DNA from: Leptogorgia sarmentosa
Lineage: Eukaryota
DNA: 64,000 nt
Direction of reading: 5' to 3'
Assembly: GCA_964658305.1 (NCBI GenBank)
Contig: OZ210885.1
Span: forward strand, 4,588,001 to 4,652,000
The notes under the pieces were generated by a model. The model saw nothing but the letters and a program-made list of their open reading frames with translations, searched no databases and was not told the DNA's origin. Shown here piece after piece: positions 62,681 through 64,000 of the stretch. The number at the start of each line of letters is the position of its first letter. The stretch's first letter is position 1. A program made the translations under genes and the position numbers.

Positions 62681-64000
62681 TAGGTATCGTAGCTGAATGT
62701 ACACGTCTGAACTGGAAAACAACATATAAATCTACGCGTTCTGATTGGCTTAATTAGCACCAAAAGGTAAACGGATGCGCTGATTGGTTCTTGTTTGTTT
62801 TTAAATTCATCCTGCGTCGAAAGGCGCCGCGTGCAAGCCATTTATACCGCAGCGAAAACTTTATAGGACCGGATTGTTATGACTGAAATTTGTGGCTGAA
62901 AGTAAAGATAAAAGATTTATTGAAAAAATTAATCTTTTCACCCATGCATCCTAAAAGCGATTTTTCCCTGATTTTCCCTAAACTTTTTGGCAAAATCTAT
63001 TCAATAAGTTGTGATGTTAATATGAAAGCTGTCAGGAAGCTCGGCTGTCGTTGTTAAATCAATAAATCAAAGGCAGTTACTGTAACCGCAAAACAGACAT
63101 CAGCAACATCTGTACATTAATTATTCTGTCGTAACATCAATTTGTGTCAGTTACAATAAAGCACATAATATTATGCGATTAAATAAGGCAACAGAAGGTC
63201 AGATTTGCCGTCGAAGTCTGCCGTTGCTTTGAGCAACACTTTCCCAAGTATGAGCACAAAAAATTTGCACAATGGTCATTCGAGCGAAGGTGAGTAGACT
63301 TGTGTTATTTTGAAAACAGAAAGAAGGATTTTGGGAGCTTGTTTGAGATTTTATCGTTGTTTCAACAAATATTTGAGAATTACACAAAATGTGTCAATAC
63401 CCGTCGTGTACTTTGATACATGCATAGATTCAACATGATTGGGTTCGGGAGAAATGCATTTACTATAGTATAATTAAAGCACTACGAATGATTCAAACTT
63501 TCAACGTATTACAAAATCGTGCAAGCATTTTGATTGCTTGCATCGTTGTCTGTGTATCATACTCACGACTCACGAGTCGCGGGCTTTGATGTTATAAGGA
63601 TATTGTTAAAAGCATTAGCCTAAAACTTTGTTCTGCGGCACACTAGGCACGGTGATAAAAATTATGGCTGGATTGCCAGAGTATACTTTATGAATTAAAC
63701 TATCGCAAAGGGGATCGTTTTCTTCGTGGGCATTTGATTATTTTCAACATGATTCGAAACTGGTTTTAATTATCATCCATATAATTACATTGTATCGTAT
63801 GGGCAGTATCGACCGCATCTAAAGTACCCATTGCTTCAAATTGTCGCCATACTTTGCTTTCCTCATAAATGTTATAAATGTTATCAAATTTTTTGCACAC
63901 ATTTATATTGTGTGCATTCGTGAAAGCCGTATTTTCTTTATGCGAATGTTTTTAATAATATATATGTATCCCGTATGCAAAATGTTTTCGAACAGCTGCG

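Noticed and set aside
61749..64000. Tyrosine phosphatase catalytic exons after the TM
   Set aside because: No NRY, WPD or HCSAG motifs are visible in the remaining 2.2 kb. Exons beyond the window cannot be excluded.

Overview
AT-rich, intron-containing eukaryotic DNA, not prokaryotic. The repeat landscape and gene types suggest a cnidarian-like invertebrate such as a soft coral (inference only). I reconstructed three protein-coding genes by hand from GT-AG junctions. (1) A 7-exon G/T-mismatch thymine DNA glycosylase gene (TDG, 16173-18857, +, 263 aa). Its last exon is duplicated 4.2 kb downstream (22854-23030). (2) An intronless 696-aa multi-pass membrane protein of unknown family (19633-21723, -). 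It sits between the two TDG terminal exons, and its stop codon appears to come from a LINE tail. (3) A 43-exon, about 2843-aa type I receptor (34492-61748, +): signal peptide, ricin-B-like, SUEL lectin, SRCR and F5/8C domains, then seven tandem phase-compatible 5-exon cassettes (FN3, FN3, RPTP-juxtamembrane-like domain), a TM helix and a short tail ending in a PDZ-type motif, with no phosphatase domain. There is also one canonical tRNA-Lys(CTT), a 449-bp tandem array abutting the TDG promoter, a 48-bp minisatellite and many non-autonomous DNA transposons. Two of these carry a tRNA-like cassette and have 7-bp TSDs. The strongest candidate for an undescribed system is the modular lectin/scavenger receptor, whose exon cassettes are homogenised and mosaic. 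All domain calls are by motif recognition; no database searches were run.
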